From NCBI GenBank assembly GCA_001773955.1, contig MEYH01000090.1, forward strand, positions 22,428 to 60,974: DNA of 38,547 bases, read 5' to 3'. The first letter of the stretch is position 1. Each line of letters starts with the position of its first letter. The DNA is from Candidatus Sediminicultor quintus. GTDB taxonomy: Bacteria > Atribacterota > Phoenicimicrobiia > Phoenicimicrobiales > Phoenicimicrobiaceae. Positions 20,488 through 29,603 of the stretch are shown here, piece by piece. The position numbers were made by a program, and so were the translations under genes. Below the pieces are notes generated by a model. The model worked only from the letters and a program-made list of their open reading frames with translations, searched no databases and was not told the DNA's origin.

Positions 20488-21222
20488 TCATTTTGTTATT
20501 TTTAACTTTTTTAAAGCATTCTGTGCGGCATTCTGTTCTGCCTCTTTTTTATTCTCACCAGTTCCGCTTCCATAGATGATTTTCTTTAGTCTTACCTCAA
20601 TACAAAATATTTTTTTATGATCCGGACCTTTTTCTTTAATTAGACAATATTCCGGTAAACATTTCATCTTTTTTTGAGAAATTTCCTGTAGTAAAGTTTT
20701 ATAATCTTCCCCATACTTTCCCTTCATAATTAGTTCCGTTTCTTTATTTATAAATGATGAGATAATTTTTTTAGCTTTTTGGAGGCCGCTATCCAAATAT
20801 ATTGCTCCTAATAAAGCCTCAAAACAATCTGCAAGAATAGATAATTTATTTCTCCCTCCGGTTGAATCTTCCCCTTTTCCCAAAATAATATACTTTCCCA
20901 AAGAAAGGCGATCAGCCCATTTCGCCAAAATATCCTTGCTAACCATAACAGATTTAATTTTTGTAAGCTTACCTTCCGAAAATGAGGTTAATTTACGATA
21001 AAGATGTTCAGTAACAATTAAATTTAAAACAGAATCACCTAAAAATTCTAATCTTTGATTGTTGGTTGTCTTGTCTTTTAAACTTTTTTTTTGGAAAGAA
21101 GGATGGGTTAAAGCTTCATTGAGAAGGGTTTTATTTTTAAATTTATAATCTAATTTTTTTTCTAAATAGTTTAACATTAAATACTTTTCTTTTTTCAAAA
21201 TTATCCTATTATTCACCGTCAT
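20488..21222 (-). CDS. rnc: Ribonuclease III
   Basis: ALTHPS, NQRLEFLGDSVL, ADCFEALLGAIYLD, dsRBD DYKTLLQE..GPDH; true start may be slightly downstream. Confidence 0.97.
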   Translation of the reverse strand: MTVNNRIILKKEKYLMLNYLEKKLDYKFKNKTLLNEALTHPSFQKKSLKDKTTNNQRLEFLGDSVLNLIVTEHLYRKLTSFSEGKLTKIKSVMVSKDILAKWADRLSLGKYIILGKGEDSTGGRNKLSILADCFEALLGAIYLDSGLQKAKKIISSFINKETELIMKGKYGEDYKTLLQEISQKKMKCLPEYCLIKEKGPDHKKIFCIEVRLKKIIYGSGTGENKKEAEQNAAQNALKKLKITK

Positions 21223-21251
21223 TAAATAATTATTTTTATTGAATTTGCATT

Positions 21252-21289
21252 TTAATTAAGGGTCGGATAAATCTCCGACCCTTAATTAA
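21252..21289. terminator. Hairpin after acpP, probable terminator with a REP-derived core
   Basis: 16-bp inverted repeat TTAATTAAGGGTCGGA / TCCGACCCTTAATTAA with a 6-nt loop. Confidence 0.65.
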
Positions 21290-21385
21290 TTAGACATTAA
21301 TCTTAATTCCCTGCCATTATTCTTAATACATATTTTTTAAAAAATAAATATAAAAAATACTTATGCATATTTTATATTTATATTC

Positions 21386-21610
21386 TTATTTGCTTAAGTA
21401 TTTAATCGCATCTCCAACAGTCTTAATTTTTTCTGCATCTTCATCTGGGATTTCCATATCAAATTCTTCCTCGAAAGCCATGATCAGTTCAACTATATCT
21501 AAAGAATCTGCACCCAAATCATCTACAAAAGAAGAATCTTCCGAAATTTTACTTTCATCAACTCCTAATTGATCTACGATTATCTTTTTTATTTTATCCA
21601 TTGCTTCCAT
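21386..21610 (-). CDS. acpP: Acyl carrier protein
   Basis: [21 protein letters not shown] phosphopantetheine motif. Confidence 0.98.
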   Translation of the reverse strand: MEAMDKIKKIIVDQLGVDESKISEDSSFVDDLGADSLDIVELIMAFEEEFDMEIPDEDAEKIKTVGDAIKYLSK

Positions 21611-21629
21611 TCTATACTTTCACCTCCTT

Positions 21630-22376
21630 TCACATTACCATACCGCCATCGACATTTATAACTTGCCCGGTAATATAATTTGCTGCATCAGAAACTAAAA
21701 AATACACCACTTTAGCAACATCTTCTACAGTACCCAATCTTTTTAAAGGGATATGTTGTTGGAGATCTTGTCTAACTTTTTCCGGTAATTTCTTAGTCAT
21801 ATCTGTCTCGATAAATCCAGGCGCAATAGCATTTACATTTATATTTCTTAAGGCAAGTTCTTTTGCCATTGATTTAGTTAATCCTATTATCCCCGCTTTT
21901 GATGCGGCATAATTAACCTGTCCGATATTTCCTATCAATCCGATAACTGAGGATACATTTACAATTTTATCAGTGCTCTTTTGCCTCATCATATATTTTG
22001 CCACAGCTTTAGAACAATTAAAAGTGCCTTTTAGATTTATTCTTATCACTGCATCCCAATCCTCTTCTTTCATCCTGATCAAAAGAGAATCTCGGGTTAT
22101 TCCAGCATTATTTACTAATATATCTATTTTCCCAAATTTATCTATAATCTCCTTCATCATTCTATTCACTTCATCAAATACAGTGATATCCGCTTTTATC
22201 CCAATTGGTATATTGCCACTTTTTTTAATTTCTTCCAAAGTTTTATCAATTTCATTTTTTGGTAAAATATCATTGACCACTATATTTGCTCCATGATTGG
22301 CCAATTCCTGGGCAATAGCTTTACCTATTCCACGAGCTGATCCGGTAATTAAAGCAACCTTCCCAGATAGTCCCAT
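21630..22376 (-). CDS. fabG: 3-oxoacyl-ACP reductase FabG
   Basis: TGSARGIG, NNAGITRD, YAASK, PGFIETDMT, VDGGM; likely start ATG at 22376 behind GGAGG. Confidence 0.96.
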   Translation of the reverse strand: MGLSGKVALITGSARGIGKAIAQELANHGANIVVNDILPKNEIDKTLEEIKKSGNIPIGIKADITVFDEVNRMMKEIIDKFGKIDILVNNAGITRDSLLIRMKEEDWDAVIRINLKGTFNCSKAVAKYMMRQKSTDKIVNVSSVIGLIGNIGQVNYAASKAGIIGLTKSMAKELALRNINVNAIAPGFIETDMTKKLPEKVRQDLQQHIPLKRLGTVEDVAKVVYFLVSDAANYITGQVINVDGGMVM

Positions 22377-22377
22377 T

Positions 22378-23328
22378 TTATAAGACCTCCTCCATTTTTT
22401 CAACTACATTTTGAAGAGAATTTGAATCAAATACATTAAAGACATTAGACTCGGGAATAATTTGCTTAATTAATCCTTTCAGCACTTTCCCGGGGCCTAC
22501 TTCTATAAAATAATTAATACCTTCGGAATATATTTTGGTTATAGAATCAACCCACTCTACAGGATGAGTCATTTGTTTGATTAGTGCTGATCTAACCTCT
22601 TCTTTATTGCACATATAATCAGCACTAACATTGCAACGTATAGGTATTTTAGGATTATCTATTTTTACTTTTTCCAAATATCTTGCTAAATTCTCTTTGG
22701 CTGTCTCCATAAAGGATGAGTGAAAAGGAGCACTTACTTTTAAAGGTATTACCATACTCGCTCCTTTCTCTTTGGCCATTATTGATAACTTTTCCAATGC
22801 TTTATTTTCACCGGAAACTACAATTTGAGTAGGAGAATTATGATTAGCAATTTTCACCAACCCAATATCCTTAATCTTTTCACACATTTTACTTATCTCA
22901 TCTTTTTCTAAGCCGATAATTGCTAACATTGAACCAGTTCCTGCTGGAGCTGCACTCTGCATGTATTCTCCTCTTTTCCTTACTAACATCACTGCATCTT
23001 CAAATTTAATAGCAGAACTAGCTACCAGTGCTGAATATTCTCCCAAACTATGTCCAGCAACTATAGAAGGTTTAATTTTATTTTTTCTTAACAATTTGTA
23101 CAAAATTGTACTGATAGTTAAAATTGCAGGTTGAGCGTTAACCGTATTTTTTAATTCTTCTTCTGGTCCTTCGAAACAGATTTTACCAATATCTACTCCT
23201 TCTTTTTTTAGAACTTTATTGGCTATGTTAAATAAAATATTTGCTTCCGGGTAATTCTCTATTAAATCTTTTCCCATTCCTATTTTTTGAGAACCTTGTC
23301 CAGGAAATACAAAAGCTATTTTGTTCAT
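22378..23328 (-). CDS. fabD: Malonyl-CoA:ACP transacylase FabD
   Basis: FPGQGSQ, AQPAI, GHSLGEY, SAPFHS, EVGPGKVL. Confidence 0.97.
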   Translation of the reverse strand: MNKIAFVFPGQGSQKIGMGKDLIENYPEANILFNIANKVLKKEGVDIGKICFEGPEEELKNTVNAQPAILTISTILYKLLRKNKIKPSIVAGHSLGEYSALVASSAIKFEDAVMLVRKRGEYMQSAAPAGTGSMLAIIGLEKDEISKMCEKIKDIGLVKIANHNSPTQIVVSGENKALEKLSIMAKEKGASMVIPLKVSAPFHSSFMETAKENLARYLEKVKIDNPKIPIRCNVSADYMCNKEEVRSALIKQMTHPVEWVDSITKIYSEGINYFIEVGPGKVLKGLIKQIIPESNVFNVFDSNSLQNVVEKMEEVL

Positions 23329-23369
23329 TATCTATTGTGTAACTCCTTTTCAAATATATATTATCGAGA

Positions 23370-24362
23370 TTATTTAATCCATTTTAAGACGATGGCTCCG
23401 CTAGTTAGACCAGCACCAAATGCGGCCAGTGCTACGATATCACCATTTTTAATCTTACCTTCTTTTACTGCTTCATCAAGAGCAATCATAACAGAAGCAG
23501 CTGAGGTATTTCCATATTTATTTAAATTTACAAAAACTTTATCTTTTTTTATTTTCAAAACTCTTGTCAGAGCAGAAATGATTCGGATGTTTGCTTGATG
23601 CGGAATAAAACAATCTACATCTTCTACCGAAAGATTACATTTACCCAAAGTTTTTACAGTTGTCCTTTTCATGTTCTTAACCGCAAGCTTAAATACTTCA
23701 TTTCCTTTCATCTTAACATAATGCATTTTCTTATCTACAGTTTCATGAGAAGCAGGGTTTTTGGAAAGCCCGGCTGGTATCATAATCAAATCATCGTACG
23801 ACCCGTCTCCTGCTAAACAACCAGAAAAGATTCCTTTCTCCTGGTCGGCTTTTAAAATAGCTGCCCCTGCTCCATCGCCAAAAAGAATACAAGTATTCCT
23901 GTCAGTCCAGTCAACGAATTTTGAGAGAGCATCTGCCCCAATTACTAAAATATTATCATAAAAACCGGCAGCAATATACTGCCAAGCAGTAATTAAGGCA
24001 TAAACCGCACCAGTACAGCCTGCTTGCAGATCAAAGGTTGCGGCATTTACAGCCTTAATTTTCTTTTGAACCAGGCAAGCGGTAGCTGGAAAAATCATAT
24101 CCGGAGAATTGGTAGCAACAATGATTAAATCAATCTCCTCAGGTTTAATATTCGAATCTTTTAGCGCTTTCAAAGCTGCCTTTGCAGCTATATCTGAGGT
24201 TGTTTCATTATCTTCAGCTATACGGCGTTCAGCAATACCGGTTCTGGTGATAATCCATTCGTGATTTGTTTCCACCATTTTTTCCAAATCTTCATTGGTT
24301 AGAACTTTTGCGGGAACATAAGAACCCGTTCCAATTATTTTAACATTTTTTATATTTTTCAC
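23370..24362 (-). CDS. fabH: 3-oxoacyl-ACP synthase III FabH
   Basis: RTGIAERR, AGCTG (Cys), FGDGAGA, PHQAN (His), GNTSAAS (Asn); GTG start. Confidence 0.97.
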   Translation of the reverse strand: MKNIKNVKIIGTGSYVPAKVLTNEDLEKMVETNHEWIITRTGIAERRIAEDNETTSDIAAKAALKALKDSNIKPEEIDLIIVATNSPDMIFPATACLVQKKIKAVNAATFDLQAGCTGAVYALITAWQYIAAGFYDNILVIGADALSKFVDWTDRNTCILFGDGAGAAILKADQEKGIFSGCLAGDGSYDDLIMIPAGLSKNPASHETVDKKMHYVKMKGNEVFKLAVKNMKRTTVKTLGKCNLSVEDVDCFIPHQANIRIISALTRVLKIKKDKVFVNLNKYGNTSAASVMIALDEAVKEGKIKNGDIVALAAFGAGLTSGAIVLKWIK

Positions 24363-24408
24363 AAATTAGTATTCTCCCCTTCTTGCTAGTGAACTATTTT
24401 CTTTGTAT

Positions 24409-25386
24409 TTATATCTCTTTAAAGTGCTCAACTATGTGAGTATCAATAAATTTAGCGGTATTGAGTATAGCATTTTTAAAAGTTTTTGCTTTAGACCGTC
24501 CATGACATATAAAGCATAATCCGTTTACACCCAATAGGGGAGATCCGCCATATTCTGTATAATCGGTCATTTTTACCAAATTCATAAATTTTTCCTTTAA
24601 TTTATCCATTTCTTGATTTTGGGGAAGTTGGCTGATTACCCTACTATTAACCTCTGTTAAAAGGAATTTTGCTAAACCTTCAGAAGATTTCAATAATATG
24701 TTGCCAGTAAATCCATCACATACTAATACATCTGCTTTTCCCTTAAAAATATCCTTACCTTCGATATTACCCACGAAATTAATATTGGTATTTTTTAAAC
24801 TTTTATAAGCATTTTGAGCGAATTTATTTCCTTTATTTTCTTCCTCGCCAATATTTAGCAATCCTATTTTTGGATTTTCTATTCCTAAAATATATTTGGC
24901 GTATTTGCTCCCTATAAAGGCAAACTGGGGTAGATGTTCCGGTTTGCAATCAACATTTGCCCCCACATCCAATACCAATACTTTCCCTTTTGCCGAGGGC
25001 AATATGGCAGCAATGGCTGGGCGGTGTATTTGAGGAATACACCCTAACTCCAATAATGCCGCAGCCATAACCGCCCCACTATTTCCGGCAGAAATAAAAG
25101 CATCAGCTTGATTATTTTTTATTAATTTCGTGCCTATCACAATAGAAGAATCCCTTTTATTCCGTATGGCATCTAAAGGAAAATCACCTGTTTCAATATA
25201 TTCTTTACAATTTATAACCGATAATTTATCTTTTTTATATTTATATTTTATTAACTCTTCTTTAACTTTCTCCATATCACCTAATAAAATGATCTCTAAG
25301 TCACTTTCTTCTAAGGCCAAAATTGTGCCTTTCACAACTTCTTCGGGGGCATAATCCCCTCCCATGGCATCAAGGGCTATTATCAT
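24409..25386 (-). CDS. plsX: Phosphate acyltransferase PlsX
   Basis: IALDAMGGDYAP, SAGNSGA, LDVGAN, NIGEEENKG, DGFTGN, HGRS. Confidence 0.97.
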   Translation of the reverse strand: MIIALDAMGGDYAPEEVVKGTILALEESDLEIILLGDMEKVKEELIKYKYKKDKLSVINCKEYIETGDFPLDAIRNKRDSSIVIGTKLIKNNQADAFISAGNSGAVMAAALLELGCIPQIHRPAIAAILPSAKGKVLVLDVGANVDCKPEHLPQFAFIGSKYAKYILGIENPKIGLLNIGEEENKGNKFAQNAYKSLKNTNINFVGNIEGKDIFKGKADVLVCDGFTGNILLKSSEGLAKFLLTEVNSRVISQLPQNQEMDKLKEKFMNLVKMTDYTEYGGSPLLGVNGLCFICHGRSKAKTFKNAILNTAKFIDTHIVEHFKEI

Positions 25387-25974
25387 TTAAGCTTTCTCCT
25401 TTTTTACTTTATCGTTAACCGAAAAAATTACTAATTTTCCCGTAAATACTTCTTTTTGATCAGACTTTACGTGTACTGATACTAAATATTTATTACCTCT
25501 ACTACGAGCAACTCTTGCCTTGGCAACCAAAGTCTCTCCGGCATATACAGGTTTTTTATAACTTAAACGGGCAATACCGGTTAAGGCAACTTCTGTGTCA
25601 ATGATGGAAATTGCCAATGAATCAGCTAAAGAAAAGATATAGTGACTTCGAATTATTCCAGTTCTTCCAAAAGCCATATCTTTTGTAGTCTTCAAGATAG
25701 CAATTCCGTTTTTTCCTAACTCTATATCTATTAATTCTCCGATTATCTCTTCTTTTTTTAGAGATTTTACCTTATCCTTGGAAGAAGTGTTTTTGGCAAC
25801 CTGCACTATTCGTTTTCTCATTTCAGGAATCCCCATTTCCAGTCGATCTAATCGAATGGTTTGCACACTAATGCTAAATAATTCAGAAAGTTTTTTATCA
25901 GATAAAAATGGGTCCTTCAAAATATATTCCTTTATTCTTTTTTGCCTTTCTAATTTACTTAAATCTCGAATCAT
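25387..25974 (-). CDS. fapR: Fatty acid biosynthesis transcriptional repressor FapR
   Basis: HTH DPFLSDKKLSELFSISVQTIRLDRLEMGIPEMRKRI plus hot-dog-type malonyl-CoA domain; first gene of the plsX-fab operon. Confidence 0.93.
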   Translation of the reverse strand: MIRDLSKLERQKRIKEYILKDPFLSDKKLSELFSISVQTIRLDRLEMGIPEMRKRIVQVAKNTSSKDKVKSLKKEEIIGELIDIELGKNGIAILKTTKDMAFGRTGIIRSHYIFSLADSLAISIIDTEVALTGIARLSYKKPVYAGETLVAKARVARSRGNKYLVSVHVKSDQKEVFTGKLVIFSVNDKVKKEKA

Positions 25975-26000
25975 TTTCTGGAGCCACCTATTTTATATTT

Positions 26001-26032
26001 ATTAATAGCACCTATTATTAGCAACTACTAAT
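26001..26032 (-). promoter_or_regulatory. Candidate FapR operator (two adjacent imperfect palindromes)
   Basis: AATAG-CAC-CTATT and ATTAG-CAACTA-CTAAT directly downstream of the promoter; resembles the TTAG...CTAA FapR box. Confidence 0.6.
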
Positions 26033-26039
26033 TGTAAGT

Positions 26040-26068
26040 ATTATACATTAAGCGTATTTAAAAATCAA
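26040..26068 (-). promoter_or_regulatory. Sigma70/SigA promoter for the fapR operon
   Basis: Minus strand TTGATT-N17-TATAAT. Confidence 0.75.
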
Positions 26069-26081
26069 ACATTTTTATATA

Positions 26082-26122
26082 ATCGAGTATATAGTATCGA
26101 GTTAAGAAAGAGAAGAAAAGAT
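26082..26122. repeat. One-sided heptamer array
   Basis: ATCG AGTATAT AGTATCG AGTTAAGA followed by a purine-rich tail, as in other spacers. Confidence 0.6.
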
Positions 26123-26191
26123 ACAAAAAAGTAATATTCTTCCTTTTATCTAACTACCCATCTAAAATTTTCGCAAACTTTTATTTGATCC

Positions 26192-26248
26192 AGAAATAAA
26201 AAAAGTGCCATATTTTAATAAATTAACTGTGGCACTTTTTTTATTTCT
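26192..26248. terminator. Intrinsic terminator downstream of rpmF (potentially bidirectional)
   Basis: 19-bp perfect inverted repeat AGAAATAAAAAAAGTGCCA / TGGCACTTTTTTTATTTCT with A/T tracts on both sides. Confidence 0.8.
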
Positions 26249-26269
26249 AATAATAACGATATTTATAAT

Positions 26270-26467
26270 CTATTTCTTTTTATCTTTTTTTTCAGAAGAT
26301 GAAATAATTTCTTTTCCATTATAATAACCACATTCAAGACATGCTCTGTGAGGCAATTTCATCTCATGACATCTAGGACATTCCTCTAAGTTTACTTCAT
26401 TCAAATTCCAATGCGTGCGTCTCTTATCTCTTCTTGATTTGGATGTTTTTCTTTTTGGCACCGGCAT
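26270..26467 (-). CDS. rpmF: 50S ribosomal protein L32 (zinc-binding form)
   Basis: PVPKRKTSKSRRDKRR, CPRC..PHRACLECGYY; AGGAGG RBS. Confidence 0.97.
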   Translation of the reverse strand: MPVPKRKTSKSRRDKRRTHWNLNEVNLEECPRCHEMKLPHRACLECGYYNGKEIISSSEKKDKKK

Positions 26468-26535
26468 AACGCATACCTCCTTATTCTATAATGTAATTTA
26501 ATTTTATCGGGATTTCCTTTCTCCCGTAAAGCCTA

Positions 26536-26849
26536 ATTAGTCGTTAGTGAATAGTCGTTAGTCGTTAGCTTCAAATACAAGTTTACAGTTATCATTATAC
26601 AGCTAAAAATTTAAAACGAAAAGCGAAAAACCATAATTCAAAATTCAAAACTTTTTCTCTCAATATTGTATTTTAGGTTCTGTTTTTACTTCTTTATCTT
26701 TTTATTTTTGCTATATAGCATGCAAGATAAGAAAGATGAAATTCAATGAGCAAAACAATATATTTAATTTTAAATTTTGAGCTATGGCTTTACGTTTTGC
26801 GCTTTTAGTTTTTCGCTTTCTTGCTAAATACTATTCACTAACGACTAAT
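26536..26849. repeat. Element with 20-bp terminal inverted repeats and nested inverted heptamer arrays
   Basis: ATTAGTCGTTAGTGAATAGT (26536-26555) / ACTATTCACTAACGACTAAT (26830-26849); inner imperfect pair 26603-26650 / 26768-26815. Confidence 0.85.
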
Positions 26850-26901
26850 ACAATATCTTAATAACTTTAAGAGTATATAATTTCTTATTGAAAAAAGCAA
26901 A

Positions 26902-28257
26902 TTATTTTTGATTTTTATTATTGTTTCTATTGGCCTTTATTTTAGATAAATCAGGCTTTTTTTTACATTCTTTTTCGAAGGATTTTTCTCTCATTAAATT
27001 TTTATAATCTTTATCTTGAAAAGTATATTTAAAGTTAGTATGAACATCATAAGTACCTTCCAGAAGGGCTGCCACATCTTCCACAAAGACTAATTCTTCG
27101 TCGGTGGGGATAATAAATATCTTTACTAAGGAATCATCGGCAGAGATATCAAGTTCAGCATTCCTGGTTCTGGCTATTTTATTCTTTTGGGGGTCATATT
27201 TAATTCCTAAAATATCCAGTCCTTCCAATACCTTAGCACGGATAATATCACTCATCTCCCCAACTCCTGCTGTAAAGACCAGTGCGTCTACTCTCCCTAA
27301 AGCGGCGGTATAGGCACCGATATATTTCTTCAATCGGTAGGCTTCCATTTCGATAGCTAACTGGGATCTTTTGTCCCCTTGTGAGGCGGCTGCTATAACA
27401 TCTCTTCTATCTACATATTTTCCAGTTATACCCAATATTCCACTCCTTTTATTTAAGATTTTATCCATCTTTTGGGGTGAATATCCTTCTTTTTGCATTA
27501 CATATAGGTCCAAGGCGGCATCATGATCTCCTGCTCTGGTTCCCATAATAGCTCCCTCCAGTGGAGTGAATCCCATACTGGTATCATAAGATAAACCATC
27601 TTTTACTGCATTCACACTTACTCCATTTCCGATATGGCAGCTAATTAGATTGCATTTAAAAGGGTCTTTTCCTAAAAGAACCGCTGCTCTTTTAGCTACA
27701 TATAATAATGAGGTTCCGTGAAAACCGTATCTTCTTATCCCGTATTTTTCGTACCATTGGTAAGATACTGCATAGGTGTAAACATAGTCAGGCATAGTCT
27801 GATGCCAGGCAGTATCCATAATAGCCATATGGGGAATATTGGGTAACAGTTCCATGGCCGCCTCAATACCCATGATATTGGGGGGATTGTGCAGGGGGGC
27901 GAGTCCGGCAAGTTCTTTAAATGTTTTTAGGACTTCCAGGTTAATGATTACCGATTTGGAAAATTTCTCACCCCCGTGAACTACCCTGTGGCCGATAGCA
28001 GAAATATCTGATAAATCCTTTATGGCACCATATTCTGAGTGAACAAGGCTATCTATAATTAATTTTATAGCTTCTTTATGGGTAGGACAATTATGCTCTA
28101 TGCTAACCTTTTCTTTATGATTGACCTCATGGACACAGAAAGAATCTCCTATGGTGACCCGCTCTACTATACCTTTGGCAATTATTTCCTGTTTTTCCCA
28201 ATTATATAGTTGATATTTTACAGAAGAACTGCCGCAATTAAAAGATAAGATGATCAT
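26902..28257 (-). CDS. ackA: Acetate kinase
   Basis: NCGSSSVKYQL, GHRVVHGG, LAPLHNP, DTAWHQT, YGFHGTS, HIGNG, TSMGFTPLEG, FTAGVGE, PTDEE. Confidence 0.96.
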   Translation of the reverse strand: MIILSFNCGSSSVKYQLYNWEKQEIIAKGIVERVTIGDSFCVHEVNHKEKVSIEHNCPTHKEAIKLIIDSLVHSEYGAIKDLSDISAIGHRVVHGGEKFSKSVIINLEVLKTFKELAGLAPLHNPPNIMGIEAAMELLPNIPHMAIMDTAWHQTMPDYVYTYAVSYQWYEKYGIRRYGFHGTSLLYVAKRAAVLLGKDPFKCNLISCHIGNGVSVNAVKDGLSYDTSMGFTPLEGAIMGTRAGDHDAALDLYVMQKEGYSPQKMDKILNKRSGILGITGKYVDRRDVIAAASQGDKRSQLAIEMEAYRLKKYIGAYTAALGRVDALVFTAGVGEMSDIIRAKVLEGLDILGIKYDPQKNKIARTRNAELDISADDSLVKIFIIPTDEELVFVEDVAALLEGTYDVHTNFKYTFQDKDYKNLMREKSFEKECKKKPDLSKIKANRNNNKNQK

Positions 28258-28317
28258 AGTTTTTTCCTCCCAATCTTTTACCTATATTTAAACTTTATAA
28301 TTTATTTCTAAATATTT

Positions 28318-29319
28318 TTATACTTCTCCTGCTTGTAATACGGTAATTGCTACTACATTAACTATGTCTTCGGCAGTACAACCGCGAGAAAGGTCATTGA
28401 CCGGTTTTCTCATCCCCTGAGAGATGGGACCTATGGCCTCAGCTTTAGCTAATCTTTCTATTAATTTATAAGCAATGTTTCCAGAATTTAGATCGGGGAA
28501 TATCAGGACATTGGCTTTTCCGGCAATTTTACTGTTTGGAGCTTTTCGCTCTCCGATTGAGGGAATCAATGCAGCATCAGCCTGAAGTTCTCCATCAATA
28601 AGTAATTCCGGCTTCTTTTCTTTGGCAATTTTTACAGCCTCGATTACTTTATCAACTAAAGGATGTTTGGCACTTCCCTTAGTGGAAAAAGATAACATGG
28701 CTACTTTTGGTTCAAAGCCAACCAGTGCTTTTCCAGTTGCAGCGCTGGCGATAGCAACATCGGCAAGCTGTTCGGCATTTGGTTCCGGATTTAAAGCACA
28801 ATCAGCAAAAACGATGATTCCCTTTTCTCCATAAGGGCAATCAGGTACCACCATAATAAAAGAACTGGAAACAATATTTATACCAGGGGCAGTTTTTATA
28901 GTCTGTAGAGCTGGTCTAAAAACATCTCCTGTGGCATTAATAGAACCGGCAACTAAACCATCTGCATCATCATGATAGACCATTAATGCACCAAAATAAA
29001 GAGGATTTTCCAATAATTGATAAGCTTCGTCTAAGCTTACTCCTTTATTTTTACGAATTTGGTAATATGATTCAGCATATTCTTTTAATTTTTCCGAATC
29101 TTTGGGGTTTATTATTTTAATCTTATTCGGTAAATCAATTCCCAATTCCCGGGCTTTAGACTTAATATTTTCTTCTCTTCCTAAAAGTATCAAACTGGCA
29201 AAACCTTCATTAATAATAGTATTCGCCGCTTTAATCATCCGCGGCTCTTCACCCTCCGGAAGCACAATAATTTTAGGATTTTTTTTAGCTTTTTCTCGAA
29301 TAAGTTGTGATAATTTCAT
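28318..29319 (-). CDS. pta: Phosphate acetyltransferase
   Basis: [54 protein letters not shown]. Confidence 0.97.
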   Translation of the reverse strand: MKLSQLIREKAKKNPKIIVLPEGEEPRMIKAANTIINEGFASLILLGREENIKSKARELGIDLPNKIKIINPKDSEKLKEYAESYYQIRKNKGVSLDEAYQLLENPLYFGALMVYHDDADGLVAGSINATGDVFRPALQTIKTAPGINIVSSSFIMVVPDCPYGEKGIIVFADCALNPEPNAEQLADVAIASAATGKALVGFEPKVAMLSFSTKGSAKHPLVDKVIEAVKIAKEKKPELLIDGELQADAALIPSIGERKAPNSKIAGKANVLIFPDLNSGNIAYKLIERLAKAEAIGPISQGMRKPVNDLSRGCTAEDIVNVVAITVLQAGEV

Positions 29320-29440
29320 TTATCTTCTCCTTTTAATTAATATTTATTAATGTAAACATTGGTGTGGTATTTGGAGAAAGAAAAGAATAGTTTTAATTAC
29401 TATCTATTCTATCTTCTTTTCCCTGGTACTTTTCTTTCTA

Positions 29441-29531
29441 TTTCTTTACGCAATACGTAATATTATCTTATATTCTAATTTTGAATTCTATTTTCATCTC
29501 GCAATAGGATATACGATATACGATATACGAT
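29441..29531. repeat. Heptamer array region upstream of pta
   Basis: TCTTTACG boundary motif at 29443-29450; GCAATAG then GATATAC x3 at 29501-29528. Confidence 0.7.
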
Positions 29532-29560
29532 TAAATTACTATCAATTTTATTGCAAATTT

Positions 29561-29575
29561 TGTATAATTATAACA
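29561..29575. promoter_or_regulatory. Candidate overlapping divergent -10 elements for tmcAL (+) and pta (-)
   Basis: TATAAT on + at 29563-29568; TGtTATAAT (extended -10) on minus at 29567-29575. Confidence 0.45.
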
Positions 29576-29603
29576 TAAAATATTTTTTAAATCGAGAAAT
29601 CTT

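Noticed and set aside
26736-26780. Tiny ORF MKFNEQNNIFNFKF inside the nested element as a cargo remnant
   Set aside because: Only 14 codons, weak RBS and no recognisable homology; cannot be supported.
29374-29422. Possible hairpin or riboswitch in the pta leader
   Set aside because: Only loose purine/pyrimidine tract complementarity, with no conserved riboswitch motif.
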